64,000 nucleotides of DNA from a virus (lineage: Duplodnaviria; Heunggongvirae; Uroviricota; Caudoviricetes): the IMG/VR virus record IMGVR_UViG_3300037455_000543, positions 187,136 to 251,135 of that record; one strand, given 5' to 3'. Under the pieces are notes generated by a model that was given only the letters and a program-made list of their open reading frames with translations, had not been told where the DNA came from and made no database searches. This document shows positions 1-9,429 of this stretch, in pieces. The position numbers were made by a program, and so were the translations under genes. Positions within the stretch are counted from its first letter, which is position 1; each line of letters opens with the position of its first letter.

Positions 1-2
1 CA

Positions 3-524
3 CGTGGCATTATTGAACGTGAAGTAAATAAGTTCCAATCACTTATTGAATCTCGTGAAGCTCTTGGTGAACTTTCTCATCCGGAATCTATCGAAATCAA
101 CCCTGACCGTTCTGCAATTCTTATTACAAGTTTGAAGATGGATGGTAATATTGCTATCGGTAAAGCTAAAGTTCTTTCTACCCCATGTGGTAAGATTCTT
201 GAATCTCTTCTTTCTGACGGCGTAAGAATGGGTGTTTCTTCTCGTGGAACTGGTAATCTCTGTGAGGATAATACAGTTGCTGACGACTACTCAATGGCGA
301 CAATCGACGCTGTTTATATGCCTTCTGCACAATGCGCTTACTCTGACCCGATGTATGAATCTGTTCAGTATGTAACAAAGTGGGTATTGAACGAAGCTAC
401 TGGTCTTTATATTGAAAAACAGGAACAGATTGTAAAGGCACAAGAAGCATTTAACAGTATTGTCGACAAACATGGTTCTAAGGTAATCATGAGTGCATTT
501 GCTGACTTCTTGAGAGCAATTTAA
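3..524 (+). CDS. gp21: Prohead core protease (T4 gp21-like), 5'-truncated by window edge
   Basis: Frame open from position 3 (RGIIEREVNKFQSLIESREALGELSHPESIEINPDR...). Motifs GELSHP and GVSSRGTG match gp21 GELxHP and VSSRGxG. Confidence 0.92.
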   Translation, partial: RGIIEREVNKFQSLIESREALGELSHPESIEINPDRSAILITSLKMDGNIAIGKAKVLSTPCGKILESLLSDGVRMGVSSRGTGNLCEDNTVADDYSMATIDAVYMPSAQCAYSDPMYESVQYVTKWVLNEATGLYIEKQEQIVKAQEAFNSIVDKHGSKVIMSAFADFLRAI

Positions 525-542
525 TTTAGAAATAATAATATA

Positions 543-572
543 AAAAATAGAGGTTTTGAAACCTCTATTTTT
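543..572. terminator. Bidirectional intrinsic terminator
   Basis: AAAAATAGAGGT-loop-ACCTCTATTTTT between convergent genes. Confidence 0.85.
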
Positions 573-593
573 ATTTTATGAATTAATTATAAA

Positions 594-917
594 TTACGAT
601 TCGCTAATTTCTTCTTCGCAATCCGGGCAAAGACGCATACCAGTTAACGGATTATATTTGGACTTGCAAGGCTTGCCGCAAATATCGCAGACATCGCCAT
701 CATCACCGTCGTCATATTCGCCGTCGCAATCATCACCGCAGCAACCGCCACATTCCTTAATAAGATACTCTTGGAATGCATCGGAATCAATTACAGGATG
801 CTTTCCAGCATACTTCTTGCTTTCTCTGATGAAAGTCATTCCGTTTTCTTCTACGATTCTCTTTGCTTCTTCAAGCTTTGCCTGTTCAGCAACTAAAATT
901 GTGTTAATCATTGACAT
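594..917 (-). CDS. Small acidic Cys-rich protein with C-terminal zinc ribbon; putative internal head protein
   Basis: CDICG...CPDC; leader motifs EAKRIVEENGMTFIRE and AFQEYLIKE. Confidence 0.6.
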   Translation of the reverse strand: MSMINTILVAEQAKLEEAKRIVEENGMTFIRESKKYAGKHPVIDSDAFQEYLIKECGGCCGDDCDGEYDDGDDGDVCDICGKPCKSKYNPLTGMRLCPDCEEEISES

Positions 918-930
918 AAGTATATCCCTC

Positions 931-1359
931 TTAATTAAATTTTAACAATAAGCCGTATTCTTTTTCCAGCTTTTGGACTGTATCAGACATAAGATTATTA
1001 AGAGCGACTTTACTCTTAAACTGTTCAGAAAGTTTTTCAACAGCGTCAATAAATGCTCTGAGTTTTCTAAGTGCATTTTCCTTATTATAGATTTCGTCAG
1101 AGAAAATATAAGATTTGGAATTAATCTTAAATTCAGTACCGGTAGCAAGTGTTATTTCTACCAGTTCATCTGCGAAATCACGAATTATTTCATATACTTC
1201 CTGGAAATGCGTATGGTCAAATCCCTTATCACATGACCAATGGTAAATATGAATTTTGTTAGAAAATGTCAAAGCATCAACAGCAAACGTATAAAGCGCC
1301 TGAAATTCTGCTTCATTCGTACTTGCTAAATAACTTACAAATGTTTCTGTCTGATCCAT
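931..1359 (-). CDS. Ferritin/Dps-like four-helix protein (DUF5856-type)
   Basis: HIYHW...HTHFQEVYE...DELVE metal-ligand pattern; SD and TATAAATA upstream. Confidence 0.7.
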   Translation of the reverse strand: MDQTETFVSYLASTNEAEFQALYTFAVDALTFSNKIHIYHWSCDKGFDHTHFQEVYEIIRDFADELVEITLATGTEFKINSKSYIFSDEIYNKENALRKLRAFIDAVEKLSEQFKSKVALNNLMSDTVQKLEKEYGLLLKFN

Positions 1360-1375
1360 TTTAAATCCTTTTTAT

Positions 1376-1383
1376 TATTTATA
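1376..1383 (-). promoter_or_regulatory. T4-type late promoter TATAAATA
   Basis: Exact motif on minus strand upstream of 1359 start, overlapping the stop of the upstream gene. Confidence 0.7.
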
Positions 1384-3448
1384 ACAATTCCATGTGTTTC
1401 ATTTGAGATTCGACAAAACTTTCTCCATTAAGTGAACTATTGGTTGTAATATGATTCTTCATATACCAGTCTTCACCATATTTTACCAATTCATCTTTAC
1501 TCATATTCGGATCAGTCTGCTTAACATCTTCTATATATTGTTTGAACTTTTTCTGCTCGCCGGAAGGTAAATCTTTAAACATTATTTCGCCATGACGAGA
1601 TACCTTCTTTTCACCTGTTTCAAATGTATGAACCATGCCTAAACTGCCTTCAGTAATTATCTGATTAACATTATAGCTATCCAAATTTACTTTTGCTGCT
1701 TCCTTTGGTTTGGGTTGTTTAACAGGTTCAGCGGATTCTACTTTAATTGGTGTTGATTCAGCCTTAGTAGTACCAGATTCAGCTTTAACCGGTTCAACTG
1801 CTGTTGCTATCGGTGTCGGTTCTACCTTTATCGGTTCTGGCTCTGTCTTAACTGTTTCCATCTTTGCAGCGTCAATAATAGGTTCATCATCTGGATATTC
1901 TATATTAAATAAATCCATGTCAAGTTTATTAGATTCATTTAATGCATGTAATTCATCATAATTATTTCTATCGTTTCTTCCGTCCCACAAAGTAGAAGCA
2001 AGATTATTAGCACCAGTATGCAACATTTCTTCTTTTGTAGGTTCGACAGTAGTAGACATACTCTGTGCATAATCAAATGTCTGAGCCCCTCTATTTCTCT
2101 GGGCAATGGATTCACTAGAACCAAAACGATTCTCAAGAGATTCAATTTGGTCATTTCTAATAGTTTCCATTTCTGCTAACGTACTTACATTTTTGCCATG
2201 TTTAATCTTTGTATTCTCAAATTCTGTTGTCAAATTAGAGAGATTCTTATTCTCAGCTTCAAGTTCATCTCGCAATGCTTTAAGATTATTAGTAGTTTCT
2301 TTAAGTTCAGCTGTTGCAGCTTCAATATTACCGTATGTTTCCTTACGTAACTCAAGATTTGCTTTAAGTGCCGCTTCAGATTCTCTTGCTTTCTTTAAGT
2401 CTGCATGATAACCAGCAGGAGTCCAGTAATCACTATCGTACTTTGTCATCTTATTATTTTCTGCATTCTCCACTAAGCCTTGTGTCTTTCCCTTTGCTTC
2501 GTTATATTTAGCTTCATTTTTAGCAATATCAGCATTTAAACTAGTAAACTTAGCTTCAGCTTCAGCAATCTTAGCTTCAAGTTCTGCAACTTTTGTCTTA
2601 GATTCTTCAATTGCTGCCTGTTGTGCTTCAAGTTTCTTAGCTGAACTCTTTGTCTGCTTTTTGAGGTTTGTTATAGCTTCGCTATTATTACTATAAGCAT
2701 TAGGTGTAAGCATAGAATTAGAATCAGAAGGTGCACGACTTGAACGTTGTGCCATCATTGCTGCATACATTGCAGCGAAATCAATATTAGATTCAGTACT
2801 CTGTTCAGGTAGCTTAACATTAGGATCAGTCTCGCCTTTAGTGCCATAACTACCAGTGCCAACAGGTGCAGCTTCATATTCCATGTATGAAAATGACAAT
2901 TTCCATTTCGCCGGATTATTACTAGAATAATCAAGGTCATATTTTGTATAGTTCGTCAATTTAAGATTTTTAAATGTATAAGTATATATCAATGACGAAA
3001 AATTATTATCATATACTTTAATAACGAGCTGCTTTATATAGTCATTCAGCTTATATGTAAATGTCGTTGTATCAAAAAGTTTATTTAAAAATAAATTTAC
3101 TAATTGCTGAACTACCAAATTATCATTTTTATCATAATATTCCAATAATTCAATATTTAAATCATCTAATGAACTATAATCTGGAATCAAAAATGTTTTT
3201 TCATTATTTCCGTATTTGTAAATTTCTTTCTTATACTTGAATGCCGGTAATGTAACGTCTACACAGTTAAATAGTTCTATTACATAGTTATTTGGTATTG
3301 CATCCATATTAAGACGCTTTACTTTAAATTCTGCAGGAGTGTCATCTGTAGCAAAATCTTCTTTTTCTAGCCATAACTCAACACTGTAAGAATCTGACAA
3401 TTTTACAGTCTTCTTGCTCTGATATCCATATAGATTGCATAAACCCAT
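1379..3448 (-). CDS. Tail-tube-fold (gp19/gp54-like) protein with long coiled-coil and Pro/Glu/Lys-rich extension
   Basis: N-terminal ~190 aa: VTLPAFKY...LNIELLEY...YTFKNLKLTNYTKYDLDYSSNNPAKWKLSFSY, a tube-protein pattern; heptad-rich middle. Confidence 0.6.
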   Translation of the reverse strand: MGLCNLYGYQSKKTVKLSDSYSVELWLEKEDFATDDTPAEFKVKRLNMDAIPNNYVIELFNCVDVTLPAFKYKKEIYKYGNNEKTFLIPDYSSLDDLNIELLEYYDKNDNLVVQQLVNLFLNKLFDTTTFTYKLNDYIKQLVIKVYDNNFSSLIYTYTFKNLKLTNYTKYDLDYSSNNPAKWKLSFSYMEYEAAPVGTGSYGTKGETDPNVKLPEQSTESNIDFAAMYAAMMAQRSSRAPSDSNSMLTPNAYSNNSEAITNLKKQTKSSAKKLEAQQAAIEESKTKVAELEAKIAEAEAKFTSLNADIAKNEAKYNEAKGKTQGLVENAENNKMTKYDSDYWTPAGYHADLKKARESEAALKANLELRKETYGNIEAATAELKETTNNLKALRDELEAENKNLSNLTTEFENTKIKHGKNVSTLAEMETIRNDQIESLENRFGSSESIAQRNRGAQTFDYAQSMSTTVEPTKEEMLHTGANNLASTLWDGRNDRNNYDELHALNESNKLDMDLFNIEYPDDEPIIDAAKMETVKTEPEPIKVEPTPIATAVEPVKAESGTTKAESTPIKVESAEPVKQPKPKEAAKVNLDSYNVNQIITEGSLGMVHTFETGEKKVSRHGEIMFKDLPSGEQKKFKQYIEDVKQTDPNMSKDELVKYGEDWYMKNHITTNSSLNGESFVESQMKHMELL

Positions 3449-3452
3449 ATAC

Positions 3453-3460
3453 TATTTATA
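3453..3460 (-). promoter_or_regulatory. Late promoter TATAAATA, 4 nt from ATG
   Basis: TATAAATA-GTAT-ATG on minus strand. Confidence 0.75.
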
Positions 3461-3474
3461 CTTAATATCCATGT

Positions 3475-3482
3475 TATAAATA
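3475..3482 (+). promoter_or_regulatory. Late promoter TATAAATA, 5 nt from ATG at 3488
   Basis: TATAAATA-TGTAT-ATG. Confidence 0.7.
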
Positions 3483-3487
3483 TGTAT

Positions 3488-4333
3488 ATGACCGATGAAA
3501 ATTTAAAATCATGTCTGAATAAATATTGGACTCCGCAAAAATGCGGAAAAGTTGAAGATTTAGCTGATACTCATGAAAGCCTATTAGCTAAATATATGAA
3601 AGTAAGTCCAAATGACTTATTTGAACAACTTGCTGAAAATAAGTTCAAATTTAAGCCAATGAAGGCATCATGGAGTGAATTCCTTAAAAATGCCAACTTG
3701 GCAGAATATCTTGATCCAAAATATACAGAAGAAGCATTAAATGTAGCAGGTGGTCAACCTGCTATAGGTAAAGGTGAATTCCTATTTGCAAGCTGCTATT
3801 CCAATATAGGTTTTTGCAATGGCCGAGGTGACTTGCGTAATATGGATAATGGTCAAATAACAGAATTTAAAGGCATCAGGTCAAATCTTTCAGGTTATGG
3901 CAATCAATATAAGCAGATGAATTCAAGCTTATTACTTTCTATTTTCGGATTATTCAATACCAATGTTGAAGGTAATAATTTTAACAGAGACATTGCTAAA
4001 AAGCTTGATGAACTATTGAAGAAACAACCTGATAAACTTTTAGAAGTATTGAAAAGATTACAGAATTTAAATGAACCTGATACAAATATTGCCAGTAAAT
4101 ATGAAAAACTATATCAGATTAAACCGAATATATTTGAAGTTGCAGGTGCACAACAGTTAGAAACATATATGACTCAACAGAAAGCATCATTCATGGTATT
4201 TTCAAATGACATCGGTTTCTGTTGCTGTGCATTCCCGAAAACACCGCAAGATGCATATAATGTAGTAACATATAATGGCGTAAAGCTTTCTAGCTGGTTC
4301 GAAGGTGAAACCGGATTTACAATAGGTATCTAA
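3488..4333 (+). CDS. Hypothetical protein, possible PD-(D/E)XK nuclease fold
   Basis: GKGEFLF...GDL...ITEFKG resembles E...D...ExK. Start chosen at the second Met, downstream of the promoter. Confidence 0.45.
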   Translation: MTDENLKSCLNKYWTPQKCGKVEDLADTHESLLAKYMKVSPNDLFEQLAENKFKFKPMKASWSEFLKNANLAEYLDPKYTEEALNVAGGQPAIGKGEFLFASCYSNIGFCNGRGDLRNMDNGQITEFKGIRSNLSGYGNQYKQMNSSLLLSIFGLFNTNVEGNNFNRDIAKKLDELLKKQPDKLLEVLKRLQNLNEPDTNIASKYEKLYQIKPNIFEVAGAQQLETYMTQQKASFMVFSNDIGFCCCAFPKTPQDAYNVVTYNGVKLSSWFEGETGFTIGI

Positions 4334-5760
4334 TGGCAGATAAGGTAGAAGAAAGAGACGTTGCTCAAGCTGGTTTGGCAGGAAATGTAGTTGCCTCTCC
4401 AGAAAATACAATCCTTATTGTCTATGGCAATAAGGATCCTATCCATGGCTTTACCATATCCAATGATAAAGTTAGAAAGATACTTATCCATGAAAGTTTT
4501 TTCCAACGCCTACCATCAATGACACTTGAAATAAATGACATTGGTACATACTTTCATAATGTTGGTTTTCAAGTTGGCAACAGTATATTCTTGACAATTA
4601 CGCCAAATATTGGAACCGGCGTAGATGTAAAACCGTATATAGATGCAGAATTTATAATTGAGTCTATTGAACATGCCTTAGACCAAGACAATAATGATTA
4701 CTACTATTCTATCAAGTGCACATTTGCTGCTGAAAAATATTTAAATGATATATTTGTATGGCCTAAAGATGATAGCGGAACTGAATTAAATACAAGTAAA
4801 AGATTTACAAGTGCAGAAGTATTAAGAGCCTGTGTTACACATGCCGGTTTACAATGCGGTCTTATAACAATTACCACCAATGATAGCATGCCGTGGTTAA
4901 ATGCTTCATTATGTCATGCTGACTTTGCTAAAAAAATTGTTTCGCATGCATGGATTGCTGATGACGATATGCCTTTAATGTTTGTAGATAAAAATGGTGT
5001 TGTAACATATACGTCATTGAATACATTATGTGATGCGGCTACTGTAAGTAAATTTATACAGTTTTCTAAATATCAGAAATTACATGATGAAACAAAAGGT
5101 GTATCTGATAATACAAAGCCTTCTCCGTATAAGACTTATGAATCATTACGTTATGCCAATGCTGGTTTCTTACAGAACCAGGGTGGTTACGGTATTAAAG
5201 CAAAAATTTTTAATCCATATAATCTGGAAAAGGTAAATCCTGACGATTTTCCAGTTATGGTTACAAAGTCAGTATTAGTAGGAGGCAAGCCTTCTATAAA
5301 TGAAAATTGTTTCAGACAAAAAGAATTTCATGATAATGGTAAAGATGGAAAAATGCGTCTTGGTGTTATCAGTAATAAGTCGCAAACACAGTTAGAAAAT
5401 ATAAGATATAATACAACTGCTTTCCATTTTAATGAAACACATGAATACTATGACTATGCACCTATGCACCATGAAAGTATTAAACGTGCTTTCTATCAGC
5501 AGTTTGTATTCATGACAATCGATACGGTCAATCAGCCATTTGTTGACCCTAATGGAAATCCGTGCATTTTACTTGGTCAAAGAATTTCTATCGACCCTGC
5601 AACTGTAAATAATCAGCAGACGATTGCCGCAGGTGATTATCTTGTTGCCGGTCTTACTCATACCTTCTATACGTCTAGTAAATATACTATACTAGCAACT
5701 TGTGTAAGCGATGGTATAAATGGCGTGAACGAAGTTAAACAATCTAAAAATACACAGTAA
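4333..5760 (+). CDS. Baseplate hub protein (gp27/GpD-like)
   Basis: ILIHESFFQRLPSMTLEIND N-terminal motif; directly upstream of gp5- and gp25-like genes; TAATG coupling. Confidence 0.65.
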   Translation: MADKVEERDVAQAGLAGNVVASPENTILIVYGNKDPIHGFTISNDKVRKILIHESFFQRLPSMTLEINDIGTYFHNVGFQVGNSIFLTITPNIGTGVDVKPYIDAEFIIESIEHALDQDNNDYYYSIKCTFAAEKYLNDIFVWPKDDSGTELNTSKRFTSAEVLRACVTHAGLQCGLITITTNDSMPWLNASLCHADFAKKIVSHAWIADDDMPLMFVDKNGVVTYTSLNTLCDAATVSKFIQFSKYQKLHDETKGVSDNTKPSPYKTYESLRYANAGFLQNQGGYGIKAKIFNPYNLEKVNPDDFPVMVTKSVLVGGKPSINENCFRQKEFHDNGKDGKMRLGVISNKSQTQLENIRYNTTAFHFNETHEYYDYAPMHHESIKRAFYQQFVFMTIDTVNQPFVDPNGNPCILLGQRISIDPATVNNQQTIAAGDYLVAGLTHTFYTSSKYTILATCVSDGINGVNEVKQSKNTQ

Positions 5761-5769
5761 GGTTTATAT

Positions 5770-6549
5770 ATGGAAACTTCTACAGACGAAATACTTAATG
5801 ACTTGATGAAAGATATCGGTAAAGGTTTAGACCAGACCTTACAAGGAACGTATGAAAAATTCGAGCAAAGCACTACTACACGTTGGACCGGTAAAGTTAT
5901 TGATAACAATGACCCAGAAAAATTAGGCCGTGTAAAAATTCTTATATTCGGTTATTACGATGACTTTGCAACTGCAGCAGTGCCTTGGGCTGTTCCCGAT
6001 ATATCTTATATCGGGGGAACAAATGGTAATTTCATTATTCCAGAAGTCGGAACTATTCTTAGAGGTTATTTCGACGAAGGCGATATTCAGAAACCGATTT
6101 TTGATTCTGTGGCATTTACTGTCGCGACAGCTAAAAGCATAGAGAAAGGCCATTTTACAGGAAAAGCCGAAGACTATCCATTTAAGATGGTTCTTATGGA
6201 AACTGATAATGGTGAATACCTTACATTAAATAGAAAAACTGGTGAAACTGTTTTTAAACACAGAACTGGTTTAATGCTCGTTATTGACCAGAATGGTAGT
6301 ATTGTTGTCAATACTGGTGAAGGTATGGATGCAAAAGGTAATATTAAAATTAATGTCAAAGGTAATACTGAAATTAATACGGAAGGTGAAACAAAAGTAA
6401 TTTCAAATACAGGAAAAGTAATTATTGACAGCAAGAACAATATGGTTGAACTTGGTCGTAACCTTGCAAAACAGTTCATCAATAACTTCCCTAACTGTGT
6501 AATTTGCGGCGTTCCACACAATGTAGGCAATACAAACGTAAAATGCTAA
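5770..6549 (+). CDS. gp5: Baseplate central spike, gp5/VgrG OB-fold plus beta-helix, no lysozyme domain
   Basis: GKVIDNNDPEKLGRVKI...PWA...FIIPEVG...GYFDEGDIQKP. Confidence 0.85.
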   Translation: METSTDEILNDLMKDIGKGLDQTLQGTYEKFEQSTTTRWTGKVIDNNDPEKLGRVKILIFGYYDDFATAAVPWAVPDISYIGGTNGNFIIPEVGTILRGYFDEGDIQKPIFDSVAFTVATAKSIEKGHFTGKAEDYPFKMVLMETDNGEYLTLNRKTGETVFKHRTGLMLVIDQNGSIVVNTGEGMDAKGNIKINVKGNTEINTEGETKVISNTGKVIIDSKNNMVELGRNLAKQFINNFPNCVICGVPHNVGNTNVKC

Positions 6550-6561
6550 AGGAAATAATAT

Positions 6562-6966
6562 ATGTTAGAACTAAGTGCTAATCCAGATTTTATAAAGCAT
6601 GAAACAGGTACTATCAACCAAGAATATTATGACCTTGATGGTAGTAACGAGACAACTGAACTCTGGGGAGCTGCTGCTCTTGACCAGATGATTGAAAATG
6701 TATTGTTGACTGAAAAATTCGAACGCGTTTTCAATTTAAGCTTTAGTTCTCCAATTTATGATGTATTATTTCAGAACTTTGATAATGTAAACCTATATAC
6801 AAATACAATTTTCGATATTATTGAATTCTGGGTTCCTATTAAAATCGATAGAGCAAATACACAAGTTGAAACATTTCCTGAAAGAAATGCAATAGCTTTT
6901 AGGCTTCCGTATGTATCAAATAATGGACAAATCGCTGGTTGTTTTGCAAGAAGAATAAGTAAGTAA
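6562..6966 (+). CDS. gp25: Baseplate wedge subunit gp25-like
   Basis: IENVLLTEKFERVFNLSFSSPIYDVLFQN; size and position after gp5. Confidence 0.8.
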   Translation: MLELSANPDFIKHETGTINQEYYDLDGSNETTELWGAAALDQMIENVLLTEKFERVFNLSFSSPIYDVLFQNFDNVNLYTNTIFDIIEFWVPIKIDRANTQVETFPERNAIAFRLPYVSNNGQIAGCFARRISK

Positions 6967-6967
6967 T

Positions 6968-8449
6968 ATGGCAAATGCAGATAAAAATATAGTAGCAGAA
7001 TTTAACGGTCCGTCTTATGGAACAGATTCCAAGACCGGTATTTCTAAATTCCATCTTATTACACCCGCTGACGAAAACGGCAATTTAGTAATACTTACCG
7101 GTTTATTAAATGAAATGCCAGAGTTCTCTATATCTGTAGACTATGAAAATGGTCCTGGTGCAGACTGGCAAGACAAGTTAATGTCGTTCATGACAAGTGA
7201 CGTTATGCAATTTGCTTCAATGATTGGTAGCGCAGATGGTTCATTTAAAAATCTAATAAAAGCTGGAACTTGGACAAAGAAAATTTATGCTGGATATAAA
7301 CCAGGAAATATTGAATTAAGTTTTAGAATTTATGCATCAGACCAGTTAGGTCAAAGTTCTTCACAATCATGGATCAATGCATTAAAAAATTATGCAACAC
7401 TTAATGCATCAAATGAATTTTCAATGCAAAATGCATTTGAAAATATCGGTCGTGCACTGAAAAATATGAGATATACTGGCAATGAGTTCAGTACTATACT
7501 TTTTAAAAATTTAGTCAAGCCTAATGAAGATAATAGATCAGAACGCGACAAATTTGAAGAAGAAAATGATAAAGTCAGTAAAAAGGTATCGAAATTTAAT
7601 ACAAAAATACCTACTGCCGTATCTAACTATAATGCAAAACATAATACTAATATATCGTTTACTATAAGTGTTGGCACTGATATAGATAATTCTACATCTT
7701 TCTTTGGCGGTGCATCGACTGATGCGGCTGTTCCATTAGCTGCACGCTATTCTATAGTCATTTTAAATAGAAACGGTAGACTAGATATATTACATCATAC
7801 ATCGTTTAATAAAACAGGTACTATAAAAAAAATTGGTGCTTGGAAAAATATGATGGCAAGTGATGATGCTTTAAAAACGGTAACATCTGCTGATATTAAA
7901 GACTTTGATATTAATGAAATTTTTACTAAAATAAAAGAAGAATGTGGCAATACAGATGTTGATCCTGTAATTGATGGAATTAAAGCTGAATATGATGCAT
8001 TAGCAGAAAATGATGATATATATGATGACCCACTCCGTGATTCTGCGGCGAAAACAATATATGAGACATTAAATATATTAGAGGCAACGGCAGATAAAAC
8101 AGGGCAATCAGTCGTTAGAAAATATGATGCCATGCGTGTATTTAGACGTTTTAATAAAGAAAACGGTCTTGGTGAAAAATTATGGTATCTTGTATTATAT
8201 CCTAATGTATTTTTTAATAAAGACAATCCATTAATTGTCTATATAAGTAACTGGGAATATAAGTATTCGGAAGAATTTTCACCTAACGAAAATCCTACAC
8301 CATTATATTGTGATTTTAAAATTACTTGTTGCTTAGACCAGACATACTCAAGAGCACAATGGTATCGTGTCTTGGCACCTGGTGTAAGAGATAGAAATAA
8401 AAATGCTGATGCTGCGTCCCCATTTGAACGCATAAAATCAACCAAGTAA
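6968..8449 (+). CDS. Baseplate tail-tube cap (gp48-like), paralog A with central insertion
   Basis: WTKKIY...IELSFRIY...YISNWEYK...PLYCDFKI blocks shared with 8438..9418. Confidence 0.55.
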   Translation: MANADKNIVAEFNGPSYGTDSKTGISKFHLITPADENGNLVILTGLLNEMPEFSISVDYENGPGADWQDKLMSFMTSDVMQFASMIGSADGSFKNLIKAGTWTKKIYAGYKPGNIELSFRIYASDQLGQSSSQSWINALKNYATLNASNEFSMQNAFENIGRALKNMRYTGNEFSTILFKNLVKPNEDNRSERDKFEEENDKVSKKVSKFNTKIPTAVSNYNAKHNTNISFTISVGTDIDNSTSFFGGASTDAAVPLAARYSIVILNRNGRLDILHHTSFNKTGTIKKIGAWKNMMASDDALKTVTSADIKDFDINEIFTKIKEECGNTDVDPVIDGIKAEYDALAENDDIYDDPLRDSAAKTIYETLNILEATADKTGQSVVRKYDAMRVFRRFNKENGLGEKLWYLVLYPNVFFNKDNPLIVYISNWEYKYSEEFSPNENPTPLYCDFKITCCLDQTYSRAQWYRVLAPGVRDRNKNADAASPFERIKSTK

Positions 8450-9418
8450 TTTATTCATATCGGAATTCGAAAGAATAGTCTGAGTTTCCAAGTCTATCTT
8501 GAACTCAACAAACATAGGTAATTCAAGTCCAGATTTTACATCTCTCATTGTATTAATAGCTGGTTTAAAAGACCAGCTTTTAATAAGCCATCTTACAGTA
8601 TCTGCTGCATTAATCATGCCAGGAACTTTTAAAACACACAATGGAACACCGCCTGCATTATCATCTGACATATTAAGAAGATTATTAAAGTAAGTTAATA
8701 ATGTATCTAATTCTTTAGCGAGTATTTGTTCTGCCTGAGACAATTCTTCATTCAGAGCTGGTTTCTCGTCAGGGCTTGCAATCATATAGTTTGCAAGTCG
8801 TAGATAAGACTGATTGCCCACGGTAGCGTTTCTTTCATTCTCTGTTGCGAGCGATTTAAAATCATTTGCAGCTTGATTTATTAAATTACCTAATTCTTTA
8901 CCTTTCGCATATGCCTGTTCAAGGCCTTTACCGATATATGCGGCAGAATCACTTAGATAATATTCTCTAGGTGTTGTTACGAAAAATAAAAAGTTCAATA
9001 TTGATCTAAAATCAGTTGTGCTAAACATTTTTGTAGGATATGATTTAAATGACAATGATACACTTAATGCACATCCGTCTTTCGGCATTAACTGAGTCCA
9101 ACCATCAGTTACAATAGGCATACGGTAATGTCCGTTATTTTGCGCAAAAGTTCTAATAGCAGCATTATCCGTAAAATTCTTTACGTTCTCAGAAATAACG
9201 CTAACTGGAGAAGCATCCCATGATGTCTGATAAGAAATAGCAGGCAGTGTGTCCATTATTCCTTCGATATTAAGACTAGCATTGAAGCTTGCTTCTTCTT
9301 CGACCAGTGACGAATCAACAACTCCTATCGTAAAATAATGCGATTTTCTAATAGGAGAATACTCTTTGTCTATCTCTGTAACATGGTCTCTATTTTGATA
9401 TAAATTCATTAATGCCAT
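8438..9418 (-). CDS. Baseplate tail-tube cap (gp48-like), paralog B
   Basis: Follows the gp29-like gene as in T4 order 29-48; VSLSFKSY...LIKSWSFK...PMFVEFKIDL. Confidence 0.6.
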   Translation of the reverse strand: MALMNLYQNRDHVTEIDKEYSPIRKSHYFTIGVVDSSLVEEEASFNASLNIEGIMDTLPAISYQTSWDASPVSVISENVKNFTDNAAIRTFAQNNGHYRMPIVTDGWTQLMPKDGCALSVSLSFKSYPTKMFSTTDFRSILNFLFFVTTPREYYLSDSAAYIGKGLEQAYAKGKELGNLINQAANDFKSLATENERNATVGNQSYLRLANYMIASPDEKPALNEELSQAEQILAKELDTLLTYFNNLLNMSDDNAGGVPLCVLKVPGMINAADTVRWLIKSWSFKPAINTMRDVKSGLELPMFVEFKIDLETQTILSNSDMNKLLG

Positions 9419-9429
9419 AATTCTATCTA

